Assembly: GCA_045597865.1 (NCBI GenBank)
Contig: JAZLKX010000052.1
Span: forward strand, 32,001-96,000
Direction: 5' to 3'
Length of the DNA: 64,000 nt
DNA from: Bacilli bacterium
Lineage (GTDB): Bacteria > Bacillota_I > Bacilli_A > RFN20 > CAG-826
In this document: one piece after another, positions 47,167 to 57,336 of the stretch
How positions within the stretch are numbered: the first letter of the stretch is position 1
Layout: the number at the start of each line of letters is the position of its first letter
Made by a program: the position numbers and the translations under genes
The notes under the pieces: generated by a model
Told to the model about the DNA's origin: nothing
The model's database searches: none
What the model saw: only the letters and a program-made list of their open reading frames with translations

Positions 47167-47943
47167 ATGTCAAACCATATTGTGATACCTGACGACAAAG
47201 AACTGTATTTTGTTTCTGACTTCCATTTTTGCCATCATAAGCTCTGCCGAGGCTATGAAGACTCGTTCAACATGCCTCGTAACTTTGAAACGACAGATGA
47301 GATGAATGAAGCCATCGTCAAGTCAATGCAATTAGGTCCTAATGCAGTTGTTGTGTTCTTGGGCGACTTTTGTATGAATGTGCCTGGGTCAGAAATGCGT
47401 GATACTTTTTATAAGTTCATTGACCAGTTCAAAGTTGACAAGATGTTGATGATTTTTGGAAATCATGACCATGTGTTGAAGAAGAAACTATGCGATGACA
47501 ACATTGAGTTCTATTCATACACGGTTATTGAACATCGTGGCAAGACATATTTCTGTCAGCACCGTGACTTTAATGAAAATCCATACTTCCTGAAACACGA
47601 AGGTGCGGAATTTCTTAACGCTATTCCTGAAAACTGTCTATATCTTGTACACGGACATACACATTCACCGATCTTCTTGTCTAAAGTTGATAAATGGACG
47701 CAGAACTGCGTTTGCTTTGATGTTGCCAATCGTCCTATCGCCGCAGACGAACTTGTTCCGTACGATATGGACATTAATGCAGACATTGATTTGGCTCCGG
47801 AGCTTACTCAGTACTATGAGAATATCGCTGAAGAGTGTGGAACTTCATTGGAACAGCTGATTGATGACAGCATTCATCATGCGATGTCACACAATGAAGT
47901 GCTTCAGGAAATCAACTATGCACTAAACAACTTAACCAAATAA
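47167..47943 (+). CDS. calcineurin-like metallophosphoesterase
   Basis: SDFHF.H, LGD, GNHD and HGHTH motifs. Confidence 0.85.
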   Translation: MSNHIVIPDDKELYFVSDFHFCHHKLCRGYEDSFNMPRNFETTDEMNEAIVKSMQLGPNAVVVFLGDFCMNVPGSEMRDTFYKFIDQFKVDKMLMIFGNHDHVLKKKLCDDNIEFYSYTVIEHRGKTYFCQHRDFNENPYFLKHEGAEFLNAIPENCLYLVHGHTHSPIFLSKVDKWTQNCVCFDVANRPIAADELVPYDMDINADIDLAPELTQYYENIAEECGTSLEQLIDDSIHHAMSHNEVLQEINYALNNLTK

Positions 47944-48251
47944 ATAATACATGAGAAAGCTATACGAAACCCTTTGCCGTCTTATTGACGAAGATCCTAT
48001 AGTTATCATGCTATATGGTCTTGAGGGTCTCGTTGTTTTGACCGGCTTAGGTCTTGTGGCTCTCATCGCCAAAGTAATGTTACTTTAGGAAGTAATATGT
48101 CAATACTGATGGGCATCTTATTTATCTTAATAGGTCAGATTATGTGGATGGTAAATGCACCCGTTGCATGCGTCATTCTTGAGACTTTGCTCGGTCTTAT
48201 GTGCTTGACCTATTCTACCATTGAACATTTTTCAAACAAGAAGGATCCAAA

Positions 48252-49115
48252 ATGAAAACTGGATATGTACTTTCGGATGTCCATGTAGATTTTCTTTACA
48301 GGGGCAATAACCCGGAACATACTTATGAAGAATTTGCTGCACTTGCTGACAAATGGCTTGTTGGGTTGAACTTGCCGCCTACATACGCACTTATCGTTGC
48401 TGGCGACATCTCAAACGACTTTCAGACATTCACTTACTTCTGTCAGTGGATTTCTGGTAAGTATTCAAAGACTTACATTGTGCCTGGAAACCATGATATG
48501 GTTGTGAGAGGCTCAACGCCGTCTACCTCTAATCAGCAGTTTCAGACTTCCTTTGACAGAATTGAAGCTATGAAGAAGGAATGCGCCAAGTATGATAATG
48601 TTGTCCTGCTTGATGGTGACATTATTGATGGAATCGGCGGAACCATGGGTATGTGCGATTTTGAATATCGCCCAAGCATTACGCTGAACTATCCGTTGTT
48701 CTGGAAGATGCATTGGTTTGATGGCAAGCACTGGAGACTTGATGGCACTGAACCTTTGGAATACTGGAAGCAGCAGCAGGCTAAGATGCACGCCATCATT
48801 GATAAGCAGCCAAAGGTTGTGATGACGCATTTTGCGCCTGTTCAGGTTGGCGTTCCGTTTGAATATCGGAATGATAACTGCTCTTGCTTCTTCTATTTCA
48901 ACGGTGAGGAATTCTTGGAAAGAATGCCGAATGATTCCTATTGGATCTGCGGTCATACCCATGATTTCCATGCAGTAGATTATACCTGCAAGAATGGCAA
49001 TGTTGTGCACATTCTTTGTAACCCACATGGCTATCCTGGTGAACAGGACTATAATTGGTATGATCCTACCGCAGGTTACAAGAAAGAAAATTTCATCATT
49101 CCATTGCCAGAATAG
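48252..49115 (+). CDS. calcineurin-like metallophosphoesterase
   Basis: SDVH, AGD, PGNHD, THFAP, GHTH and NP.GYP.E motifs. Confidence 0.85.
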   Translation: MKTGYVLSDVHVDFLYRGNNPEHTYEEFAALADKWLVGLNLPPTYALIVAGDISNDFQTFTYFCQWISGKYSKTYIVPGNHDMVVRGSTPSTSNQQFQTSFDRIEAMKKECAKYDNVVLLDGDIIDGIGGTMGMCDFEYRPSITLNYPLFWKMHWFDGKHWRLDGTEPLEYWKQQQAKMHAIIDKQPKVVMTHFAPVQVGVPFEYRNDNCSCFFYFNGEEFLERMPNDSYWICGHTHDFHAVDYTCKNGNVVHILCNPHGYPGEQDYNWYDPTAGYKKENFIIPLPE

Positions 49116-49159
49116 TTAAAAGTTGTTATTTTAAAAACACAATTCAACAAGGAGATAAC

Positions 49160-49480
49160 ATGAGCCGTTCTCGTAAGAAACCTCTTCCTGGTACAAAAGA
49201 AACTTTCCGCGTCGGTATTGCATATTGTGATGACTGGACTATGGGTAAGTGGAAGCGCAGATACAACCGTGATATGCGCCGCAAGAATCACCAGCTTGAA
49301 AATGTTATCTCCAAACTTGATGAAGATTCCATTGAGGACGATGAAAGCGTTTGGATGAATGATCCGAATGATTTGCCGTCCGGTGTCGGTGATTTGTGGC
49401 TGTCACCTTGTGATGGATATTTGCTGTTTGACGCATCTGTCCGACGGAACGGCAAAACTTATCAGCTTGCTATGAAATAA
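49160..49480 (+). CDS. hypothetical protein with basic N-terminus
   Basis: AAGGAG RBS; promoter at 49104. Confidence 0.55.
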   Translation: MSRSRKKPLPGTKETFRVGIAYCDDWTMGKWKRRYNRDMRRKNHQLENVISKLDEDSIEDDESVWMNDPNDLPSGVGDLWLSPCDGYLLFDASVRRNGKTYQLAMK

Positions 49481-49482
49481 AT

Positions 49483-49713
49483 ATGGGACCAACTGAACGA
49501 ACATTAATGATGGCGCAGTATGCAGGCAATGGCCAGGTATTACTTGACTCTGCAGGCATGCTTTTTGTTTTAGCAGGCTTGTCATTTCTGTGCTGTTTAA
49601 TTGTTGTGGCAATTTGCTTATGTGCCGTGAATGAATTTGTGGATTGGTATAACAAAAAGAAACTGAAGAAAGAATTTGAAGAGGAAGAAGATGACATACA
49701 CACCAAAACTTGA
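49483..49713 (+). CDS. small membrane protein
   Basis: One TM segment plus a charged tail. Confidence 0.45.
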   Translation: MGPTERTLMMAQYAGNGQVLLDSAGMLFVLAGLSFLCCLIVVAICLCAVNEFVDWYNKKKLKKEFEEEEDDIHTKT

Positions 49714-50854
49714 AGACTATATGAAGGCACTTGAAGAAAACCGTGTCTTTGCTTGTGAAGATGAGCATTACATTGGTTTCAAGTACAATGCGCCTACTGT
49801 CATTTTCCATTATTGGGACGATGTAACCTTGAACGCCCGTGGAATTGTCTTTGACAAAGCTACTGGTGAAATTGTGGCTCGTCCTTTCTATAAGTTCTTT
49901 AACTACGAGGAACTTATCAACGGTGCCGGTGCAAGAACTGACATTCTTGATAAGATGGAAGCTTGTGGTTTTAAATTTGACCGCACTGAATCCTTCCGCG
50001 TAATGGACAAACTTGACGGATCTTTAGGAATTATGTTTTACGATAAGTATGCAGGTTCTTGGAGAGTAAAGACAGGCGGAGCTTTTAGCTCAAATCAAGC
50101 AGCGTGGGCAAATGAATGGGCAAAGAAGAACATTACTTCTGGCCTTGACACTTCGCTTACTTACTGCTATGAAATCATCTATGACGCAGATATTCACCCA
50201 ATCTCGTATGACTTTGAGGGCATGGTTCTATTAGGAGCCATTGATACTGCAACAGGTGAGGAAGTATCTTTAGAGCAGCTTCGTCAAATTGCCGTTGAGC
50301 AAAAAGTAAGACTTGCTGACATCATTGAGTTCAAATCATTTGATGAAGCAATCTCTTATGCAAAGAACCTTTCTAAAACAAAGGAAGGTGTTGTGGTGAC
50401 ATTTAAGAACGGTTTCAAGGTAAAGATCAAGGGTCATGAATTCTTGGCTTTGCAGAAACAGTTCCATGCTATCACAAAAGAAATGATCTGGGAGAACTAT
50501 GATTGTGAAAACTGGCTACACCCATACACAGCAGAATTCTTAGCATCTATTCCTGAAGAAATGAAGGAAATGCATGATTATGCTGAAGAGCTTGACAAGA
50601 AGATTTCAGAAGCAACCTATGTTGCACGAAGCACCGCTTATCGTGTGTACAAAATGATTAAAGATGCAAACTTACAGCGCCGTGATGCGTTTGAGTTGAT
50701 TACATCTTGCTTTGCGAAATTCAATCCAAAGCTGGTTGGTCCAGCTATGAAGGTATATTCATTGTTGGAACAGGGTAAGACTGACCGTGACATCAGCTCA
50801 CCTGAATGTGTATCTTCTATTGTCAAGTTAGTTCACCGATTATTCAAACCTTAA
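49691..50854 (+). CDS. rnlA: RNA ligase 1 (T4 RnlA-like)
   Basis: ARGIVF, RPFYKFFN, KLDGSL, EGVV and KVKIK motifs. Confidence 0.88.
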   Translation: MTYTPKLEDYMKALEENRVFACEDEHYIGFKYNAPTVIFHYWDDVTLNARGIVFDKATGEIVARPFYKFFNYEELINGAGARTDILDKMEACGFKFDRTESFRVMDKLDGSLGIMFYDKYAGSWRVKTGGAFSSNQAAWANEWAKKNITSGLDTSLTYCYEIIYDADIHPISYDFEGMVLLGAIDTATGEEVSLEQLRQIAVEQKVRLADIIEFKSFDEAISYAKNLSKTKEGVVVTFKNGFKVKIKGHEFLALQKQFHAITKEMIWENYDCENWLHPYTAEFLASIPEEMKEMHDYAEELDKKISEATYVARSTAYRVYKMIKDANLQRRDAFELITSCFAKFNPKLVGPAMKVYSLLEQGKTDRDISSPECVSSIVKLVHRLFKP

Positions 50855-50864
50855 GGAGGAATCA

Positions 50865-51158
50865 ATGGCAAGTCCATTTGGTGACTACTATAAGTTAGTC
50901 AGAGCTGCATTTAAGGAATATGCTGCAGGTCCAGAACCGGGCCTTACTGCATCCTTTAATGAAAACGAAGATACACTCACGCTTCATCTTTCAGTAAAAG
51001 ATGGCGATGAAGAACTTCAGTATTTTTACATCTGGGGCAACAACCCGTTGACTCTTATGTATAAAGGTGATACGAAGATCTTTACTGCTTCACATGAACA
51101 GATGTTTGACAAAATTGCATACATCGCACATGATTGGAAACGTACAAAGAAAATCTAA
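50865..51158 (+). CDS. hypothetical protein
   Basis: AAGGAGG RBS. Confidence 0.55.
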   Translation: MASPFGDYYKLVRAAFKEYAAGPEPGLTASFNENEDTLTLHLSVKDGDEELQYFYIWGNNPLTLMYKGDTKIFTASHEQMFDKIAYIAHDWKRTKKI

Positions 51159-51751
51159 TGAAAAGACTAATCGCAATCTTATTGGCGGTATGTACTTTAT
51201 CTTTTGCCGGCTATGGTGATTACAGCTATGACAGCGGTATCTCCAACGCTGGCATTATTGCTATTCAAACAGCAAGTGAAGACATACTTGAAACGCAAAA
51301 GAACATAACCTTCCCTGAAGCAAATTACATTGCCCGTTTGGTTTATGATGAAACCTACGCATCACCTTTGGAATTTTCCTATGTGATGGCGATTATCAAA
51401 ACCGAATCACGATTTAATGTAAATGCAAAATCATATTGCGGCGCGATGGGTCTTATGCAGATCATGCCTAAAACATTTGAGGCAGTAGCTAAGAAAAATG
51501 GCTTGCCTTATACACGACATGATGCGTATGATCCTAAGAAGAACATTCAGATCGGCGTACTGTATTTAGAATCTCTCTATGAAAGGTATGCTCATCTTGA
51601 TTATGTATCTGCCGGCTATAATGGCGGGCCGGGTGCTGCGAACAAATATGTGAAGGGAAAGTTTTATCACATGCCTAAGCAAACACAAAATTATGTTATG
51701 AAGGTTCGCCAATATCATAACGAATACAGAACTCTTATAGGAGACATTTAA
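51158..51751 (+). CDS. SLT-family lytic transglycosylase with signal peptide
   Basis: ES.F...AKS..GAMGLMQIMP, GYNGG and T.NYV motifs; N-terminal signal sequence. Confidence 0.9.
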   Translation: MKRLIAILLAVCTLSFAGYGDYSYDSGISNAGIIAIQTASEDILETQKNITFPEANYIARLVYDETYASPLEFSYVMAIIKTESRFNVNAKSYCGAMGLMQIMPKTFEAVAKKNGLPYTRHDAYDPKKNIQIGVLYLESLYERYAHLDYVSAGYNGGPGAANKYVKGKFYHMPKQTQNYVMKVRQYHNEYRTLIGDI

Positions 51752-51752
51752 A

Positions 51753-52055
51753 ATGATTTATGGATTGATTATCACACTTATGCTTCTTGCTTTACTTGTA
51801 ACCACATACAAGTGGCTCACAACACGTGATGAGAAAACATTCTATTCAATTAACCAGGAAGGCGATGCAAACGGTAATACGATTTACAAGCTTTACATCG
51901 TAACAGAAAGTGGTGGCCGTCAGTACATTGGTAAGTTTGATAATGTTGAAACGGCTAAGGCTAAAATTACTGCTTTGAAGGAAAAAGCTGCCAAAGAAGC
52001 AGAAGCACTTCTTAAGTCTACTATTAAGACTGAGGTGTACCGCGAGGATATGTAA
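51753..52055 (+). CDS. N-anchored membrane protein
   Basis: AGGAG RBS; N-terminal TM segment. Confidence 0.55.
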   Translation: MIYGLIITLMLLALLVTTYKWLTTRDEKTFYSINQEGDANGNTIYKLYIVTESGGRQYIGKFDNVETAKAKITALKEKAAKEAEALLKSTIKTEVYREDM

Positions 52056-52373
52056 ATGACGAAGGCATATTTGAAGGTCAACAAAACATTGCCCGGCAAC
52101 AAGCAGCTGGAAATTTCAGAAGTTGCTGGACCTTTGTTTTCCGTTGCCTACCGGCAGGTTCTTGAGAATAGCACATCAGATATCCATTTTGATTATGTTA
52201 TCTTGAATGTCGGCGGAACCGATTATGACCTTTCCAAATGTACTTTGGTAGAATTAACTAATGGAAATAATGGAAAAATTGTGTTGCATAACAATTTTGG
52301 AAACATATCGTGTGATGGCACACAGATTAGTCCTTCCGAACTTGTTAAGAAACTACACGAAGAATGCTTTTAG
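52056..52373 (+). CDS. hypothetical protein
   Basis: GAGG RBS; abuts the previous stop. Confidence 0.5.
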   Translation: MTKAYLKVNKTLPGNKQLEISEVAGPLFSVAYRQVLENSTSDIHFDYVILNVGGTDYDLSKCTLVELTNGNNGKIVLHNNFGNISCDGTQISPSELVKKLHEECF

Positions 52374-52517
52374 ATTATTCCTGCTGTAAATTGCCTTGAT
52401 TGGGGTTTACAGTAGGGTTAAAAGTTGTTATATTTTACTCGTAATCAAAAACAACAAACAAAAATAAATTACTACTGCAGCGATATTTGCGCTGATGTAA
52501 CACAACTTGAGGGCACT

Positions 52518-53234
52518 ATGGCAAAAGAACTCGACCACGGCTTTGTTTATCTCATCACCAACGGCGATTTTGAAAGGCTCGGAAGTTACAAGATTGGAAA
52601 GACTGTTTCAGTTGAACAGCGTCTTGCTAACTTTAATTCCTCAACGGAATCTTTGCCGGATTGGCGAGCCATCGCTTACATTGAAACCGACCAGCAGAGT
52701 TTGCTTGAAAGCACGCTGCACTTGATTTTTAAAGAACATCGTCGTTCTTCTCGTCGTGAACTGTTTGACTTTGCTGAAGACCGCGATGATGGATTCTGTC
52801 TTGATGAAGTATTGGACATCTTTGAACGTCAGGCGGAACTTATTGGCGGAACCTTTACTTTGGCTGAAACGCCAACTGAAAAGGAAACAACCGTTCGTAC
52901 ATGCAACCAGCCGAAGAATAAGTTTAGCTTTAAGGCACTTGTTGGCCTTCGCGATGGCGATGAACTTATTTGGGATGTTGGCGATGGTGTTCATTCCCAG
53001 AAATTTTACGTATCATCTGTACACAAGATGGGTAATACTTATCTTGTCACTGATCCGAATGATGTAAACTCAACGGATCCTGCGGTTTACCGATCCCTAA
53101 GTTCCATGGGATTATGGCTCAGTAATGCTTTCCCGGGCTTAGACCGAGAACAGTATTGGGACCGTTCAAACTGGTATTTCGGTGGAAAATCCTTCAAGGA
53201 TTATTTTGACGAATACCTCCAAAACTTAACTTAA
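52518..53234 (+). CDS. T5orf172/GIY-YIG-like domain protein
   Basis: GFVYL...YKIGKT...RL...E..LH..F...R...RELF motif. Confidence 0.75.
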   Translation: MAKELDHGFVYLITNGDFERLGSYKIGKTVSVEQRLANFNSSTESLPDWRAIAYIETDQQSLLESTLHLIFKEHRRSSRRELFDFAEDRDDGFCLDEVLDIFERQAELIGGTFTLAETPTEKETTVRTCNQPKNKFSFKALVGLRDGDELIWDVGDGVHSQKFYVSSVHKMGNTYLVTDPNDVNSTDPAVYRSLSSMGLWLSNAFPGLDREQYWDRSNWYFGGKSFKDYFDEYLQNLT

Positions 53235-53250
53235 ACAAGGACAATACACA

Positions 53251-54534
53251 ATGTCAAATGGTAAAATCACTGTAGGCGCATTCCTCGCCACTCTTATCAC
53301 TATCATCGCCATCTTCATCTGTGCCAAGTGCATTGATGAAAATGACGCAACCCACATTCTTGTCAAGCAGAGCTGGCCGTCTGGCGAACTCTCTTGCGTG
53401 GACCACCCAGGTATGTTCTGGTCTGGCTTCTCAACAATTTACCGTTATGAACGAGCACGAACCTTCTACTTCAACTCCTCTACGGAAAAGGTAAAGGGTA
53501 AGGCTTGGGAAGGCGATGATACTGATGAAGACAACGTCAAGGTAACTCTATCAAGAAATGCTAAGGCGGAAATCGCAGGCGTTATTAAATACCAGATTCC
53601 AACAAACTGCGATGAACTTATCAGACTACATACTGACTGGCATTCAGATGATAAGGTTAAACATGACCTTGTAAGAAATGCTACTGTTGCTGCTGTTAAG
53701 AAGACCGCACCTGTATTTACTGCTGAAGAAGCAAAGGTTACAAAGATTGCTGAGTTCCGAAGACTTGTTGAAGACCAGCTTGTTGAAGGTGAATACATGA
53801 CGGTAACTGAAGACCGCGATGAAAAGGTTACTGATGATGAATACGCTCCTGATGGAAAGTTGATTAAGAAAGGCGAAGTTCAGAAGTATACTGTTACTAA
53901 GCTAAAGCTTGATACTTTGGGTCAGCGCATTATCATTAAGCCGTCTAACTTGACGAAGTACGGAATTAAGATTCTTACTTGCGATGTTCAAGATGTAACC
54001 CTTGACCAGAAGACACAGGCACAGCTGGATATTATCCGCGACCGTGAAATGAAGCGAGTGGAAAATGCGACAAAGGCAGAAACTGCTAAGCAGGCCGCTA
54101 TCACTGCGAATGAAGAAGGTAAGGCAAGGGTAGCCGCTGAAAAGGCTGAACAGGAAGTTGCAAAGATCCGAGCTGTTGTTCAGGCGGAAAAAGAAAAGGA
54201 AGTTGCGGAACTTGAAGCTAAGAAGGAATTTGAAGTTGCCAAATTTGCTGCGCTAACTGCTCAGGAAGAAGCAAAGAAGATTAAAGCACAGGGTGAAGCT
54301 GAAGCTGCCGCAAACCGTGCTAAGGTATTGGCTGGCCTTACACCCCAAGAAAAAGCCGAATGGGAATACAAAACTCGTGTAGGCATTGCGGAAGCTATTG
54401 CTAAATCTTCTCAGCCGATCGTGCCTGAAATCATGATGGTTGGCGGCGATAGCAAGAGTGGCGGAAGTAATACCGCAATGGACGCCGTTGGATTGAACAT
54501 GCTTATGGACATCACACAGAAGATGGCTAAGTAA
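53251..54534 (+). CDS. SPFH/band-7 domain membrane protein
   Basis: N-terminal TM, band-7-like core, AE-rich coiled coil, G.AEA.A motif. Confidence 0.8.
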   Translation: MSNGKITVGAFLATLITIIAIFICAKCIDENDATHILVKQSWPSGELSCVDHPGMFWSGFSTIYRYERARTFYFNSSTEKVKGKAWEGDDTDEDNVKVTLSRNAKAEIAGVIKYQIPTNCDELIRLHTDWHSDDKVKHDLVRNATVAAVKKTAPVFTAEEAKVTKIAEFRRLVEDQLVEGEYMTVTEDRDEKVTDDEYAPDGKLIKKGEVQKYTVTKLKLDTLGQRIIIKPSNLTKYGIKILTCDVQDVTLDQKTQAQLDIIRDREMKRVENATKAETAKQAAITANEEGKARVAAEKAEQEVAKIRAVVQAEKEKEVAELEAKKEFEVAKFAALTAQEEAKKIKAQGEAEAAANRAKVLAGLTPQEKAEWEYKTRVGIAEAIAKSSQPIVPEIMMVGGDSKSGGSNTAMDAVGLNMLMDITQKMAK

Positions 54535-54550
54535 ATCCATTGAAACTATA

Positions 54551-54576
54551 AGGCGGCTCTTAGGGGTCGCCTTTTT
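54551..54576 (+). terminator. intrinsic terminator
   Basis: AAGGCGGCT/GGTCGCCTT stem followed by TTT. Confidence 0.6.
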
Positions 54577-54733
54577 ATACTTTCAAAAAAGGAATCGTAA
54601 ATAAGCGGTTTCTTTTCCGGAGGTATGAAAGATGTTTATGCTTTTACCAGTTGTAATGTTTATAACCGTTGTTGCTACTTGTGTTGCGACAAATAACTAG
54701 GGAAACGCAATATAAAATTAAAGAGGAATGTAA

Positions 54734-54976
54734 ATGACGTTCAAAGACATCGCGTTAAATGAACTTGCTGCAACAATTAAGCGACAGGAAATCATTATTA
54801 AGAACTGCACAGATCCTGAAGAACGGTTTGTTGCATTAAACATCGCGGAAAACCTTAAGTAGATTAAAGCACAACTGGTTGAATATGTAAAGACACCAGC
54901 ATTCGCACAAGCCGTAAAAATGTATCAAGATTCTCTCGCGGCTGAAACTGAGGAGGAAACTAAAGATGACAAATAA
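54734..54976 (+). CDS. 80-aa helical protein with in-frame TAG at 54860
   Basis: GAGGA RBS; 42 codons, TAG, 37 codons, then TAA overlapping the next start. Confidence 0.5.
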
Positions 54977-55661
54977 CTTTGAACAAATCAGATCTCTTTT
55001 GAAGTTTGAAAATGAAGGCGACTGCTATTATGTTCAGTTGCTTCGCAGACAGTCAGATGATCCGCTGATTGATGGTAAGAAAGATCCTAAGTATCATGGA
55101 AACATGCATTCACGCAGTATCAAGGATTACTTTATTCGTTCACTTGAACACTTTGATGATGTTAAGGAAGATATCATCAAGCTTTGTGAAATGTTCAATG
55201 TTCGTGCATATATTCGTTTGAACAAGCGTACATATAAGCGTATTGCTTTGGTAATGCTGAGACATATCGCAGAACAGGCTGCATCTGGTGAAACCTATTC
55301 TTCGCCTTTTCATATGATTGCATCTGCCGCGGGTACCGCAAACTGTGCAGGCGATGATAAAACATGGATTGTTGATGAAGACGCTGAATATCTGCGTTAT
55401 GAAGAAAAGATCAAGGCTATTATTGAACAGTGTGAACCAACTGACCGTCAAAAGGTTATTGCGGTAATTCCTACAAAGTCAGGTCGTCATCTTATTACCA
55501 GACCGTTTAATCTTCAAACGTTTAAGACACTTTGGGAAAAGGATGAAGACTTGCAAACTTTAGAAGTTTTGGACATTCACAAAGATAACCCAACTATCTT
55601 GTATGTTCCGGGACCAGACAAGTGCAAGACATACGAGGAAGTGGTAAATCGTGAGGGATAA
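54966..55661 (+). CDS. hypothetical protein with AEP-like DxD and TxSGxH motifs
   Basis: WIVDED...PTKSGRHLI; GAGGAGG RBS. Confidence 0.55.
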   Translation: MTNNFEQIRSLLKFENEGDCYYVQLLRRQSDDPLIDGKKDPKYHGNMHSRSIKDYFIRSLEHFDDVKEDIIKLCEMFNVRAYIRLNKRTYKRIALVMLRHIAEQAASGETYSSPFHMIASAAGTANCAGDDKTWIVDEDAEYLRYEEKIKAIIEQCEPTDRQKVIAVIPTKSGRHLITRPFNLQTFKTLWEKDEDLQTLEVLDIHKDNPTILYVPGPDKCKTYEEVVNREG

Positions 55662-56270
55662 ATGCTAGAAAAAATTTTTGATGGCATGTTGAGATTTTTG
55701 AACGGTCCTGCCACACAAGATCAGCCACCTCCGCAAGTGATTGTTGACACAAAGCCAAGAGAGGAAACCTTGGAAACCGATATGCAGCTTCCTCCACCGC
55801 CACCTCCGCGTATTCAGTATGTTGATCCTAGTGAACAGTTTGAAACGTCATGGAAACAGGTACCATCTTTTAGCGGGTATGTCGGATCCGGTTTTAACCC
55901 ATGGGTATCATCTGTATCGGGTTGTACCACGTCAGCGGCAGGTGTGGTACATAGCCCATATATGGAAGCACCGGTCATAGCATGGGCTGCCTTGAATGAA
56001 ACAAAGGAAACATTAAGCAAAATCATTGAAGCAATAAATGAAAAAGGAAGAACGGGATTTACGATGCGTTGTGAAAACGATCCGCCTACTTCCATTGACC
56101 TGCTGTATAATGATGAAATGATTGCACAGGTAGTTGGTGATAGGTTTACCATTCCTTCGTTAGCTGGTGATGTAAATGTTTACATGCGTCACATGCCGAC
56201 CGAAGATATTGCACGTGTAGCTGATGTTATCATTACGATTTGTGATACACGCGATGAAGAAAGAAAATGA
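55662..56270 (+). CDS. proline-rich hypothetical protein
   Basis: ORF abutting the previous stop. Confidence 0.55.
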   Translation: MLEKIFDGMLRFLNGPATQDQPPPQVIVDTKPREETLETDMQLPPPPPPRIQYVDPSEQFETSWKQVPSFSGYVGSGFNPWVSSVSGCTTSAAGVVHSPYMEAPVIAWAALNETKETLSKIIEAINEKGRTGFTMRCENDPPTSIDLLYNDEMIAQVVGDRFTIPSLAGDVNVYMRHMPTEDIARVADVIITICDTRDEERK

Positions 56271-56317
56271 AAAGCAAAGCTGGCAAGTAAACTTAAGATT
56301 TTATCTGAAGGTTAATC

Positions 56318-56803
56318 ATGGGTGTAAATACTGAAATAAGTAAACGAATACACGGATATTTGGCAGGCGTCGTTATGCCTAGACATGTATCTGTATCTGG
56401 AACTGTTTCATGTCCTATTAGTGATGATTTTCATTTAGACCGCGGTGTAATGCTTGCCTGCATTCATGAAGTAGAACCTGGGTTAGATGTTGCATGGATA
56501 CAACAGCCGAATAAGTACTATCCACAGTGCTTAGAAGAAAAAATAGAAATCAACCAAATTGCTGTTGCTGTTGTTTCGTATGACACACTTTTCATTGACA
56601 CACAGATACCCGGACATTACCAAAGACTTGGCTATGAAATGTCAGACAGATATGAAATAAAACTTCGTGATGCAGAACAGATGAAAAACATAGCAAAGCT
56701 GCTTGTTGAGAACTATCATCGGTTTCTCGAGATTGAAACGGCAATGGAACAATGGGAAGCTGCTAGAAAGAAGTTCATTTCTCGACTTGACTGTGTGAAA
56801 TAA
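56318..56803 (+). CDS. hypothetical protein
   Basis: 161-aa ORF. Confidence 0.55.
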   Translation: MGVNTEISKRIHGYLAGVVMPRHVSVSGTVSCPISDDFHLDRGVMLACIHEVEPGLDVAWIQQPNKYYPQCLEEKIEINQIAVAVVSYDTLFIDTQIPGHYQRLGYEMSDRYEIKLRDAEQMKNIAKLLVENYHRFLEIETAMEQWEAARKKFISRLDCVK

Positions 56804-56830
56804 TAAATAATAACAAAGGAGATTAAACCT

Positions 56831-57244
56831 ATGTTATACAGAATTAGTTTTCATGCTGGCGACGATGGCTTAGTTGCCAATGATGTATTTCAGGCATTAA
56901 ATGCTGAGAATGAAATGGTTCCAAAGGATGACGGCTGGTACCTTTTTACGAATTATGCTTATATTAAAAATGAAGGTGCTTATCTTTACATCAAGTGCAA
57001 AGACGAACATTTCGTTAAGGGAATGGTAGATTGGATCGTTCGTTCATATAAAGAATATGAACCTGAAGCAACCGAATGCGCTGAAACAAATGAAAAGGTT
57101 GAGTCAACATACAACCCAACATCGAGACGTGAAGCATTCCGTGCTATGAGAAAGGGTCACCTTGAACTGCATAAGCTTTCTGAGGCATTTACCGTTTTGA
57201 GAAATGCTGGCGCTAAAATTATCAAGGAAGACAAAGAAAGGTAA
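56831..57244 (+). CDS. hypothetical protein with C-terminal LSEA-x-x-VL-x-N-x-G motif
   Basis: ATAAATA and AAGGAG upstream. Confidence 0.6.
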   Translation: MLYRISFHAGDDGLVANDVFQALNAENEMVPKDDGWYLFTNYAYIKNEGAYLYIKCKDEHFVKGMVDWIVRSYKEYEPEATECAETNEKVESTYNPTSRREAFRAMRKGHLELHKLSEAFTVLRNAGAKIIKEDKER

Positions 57245-57336
57245 GTAATGGATACTGATAGCTAAGAAAATTTTTAAGCCGGTACGAAAAGTGCCGGTTT
57301 TTTGTTATATTTGAATAAAGTAAAAAGGAGTACTTA

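Noticed and set aside
51158-52055. Holin-endolysin lysis cassette
   Set aside because: No late promoter, spanin or convincing holin; the SLT sits among early-type accessory genes, so its role is left open
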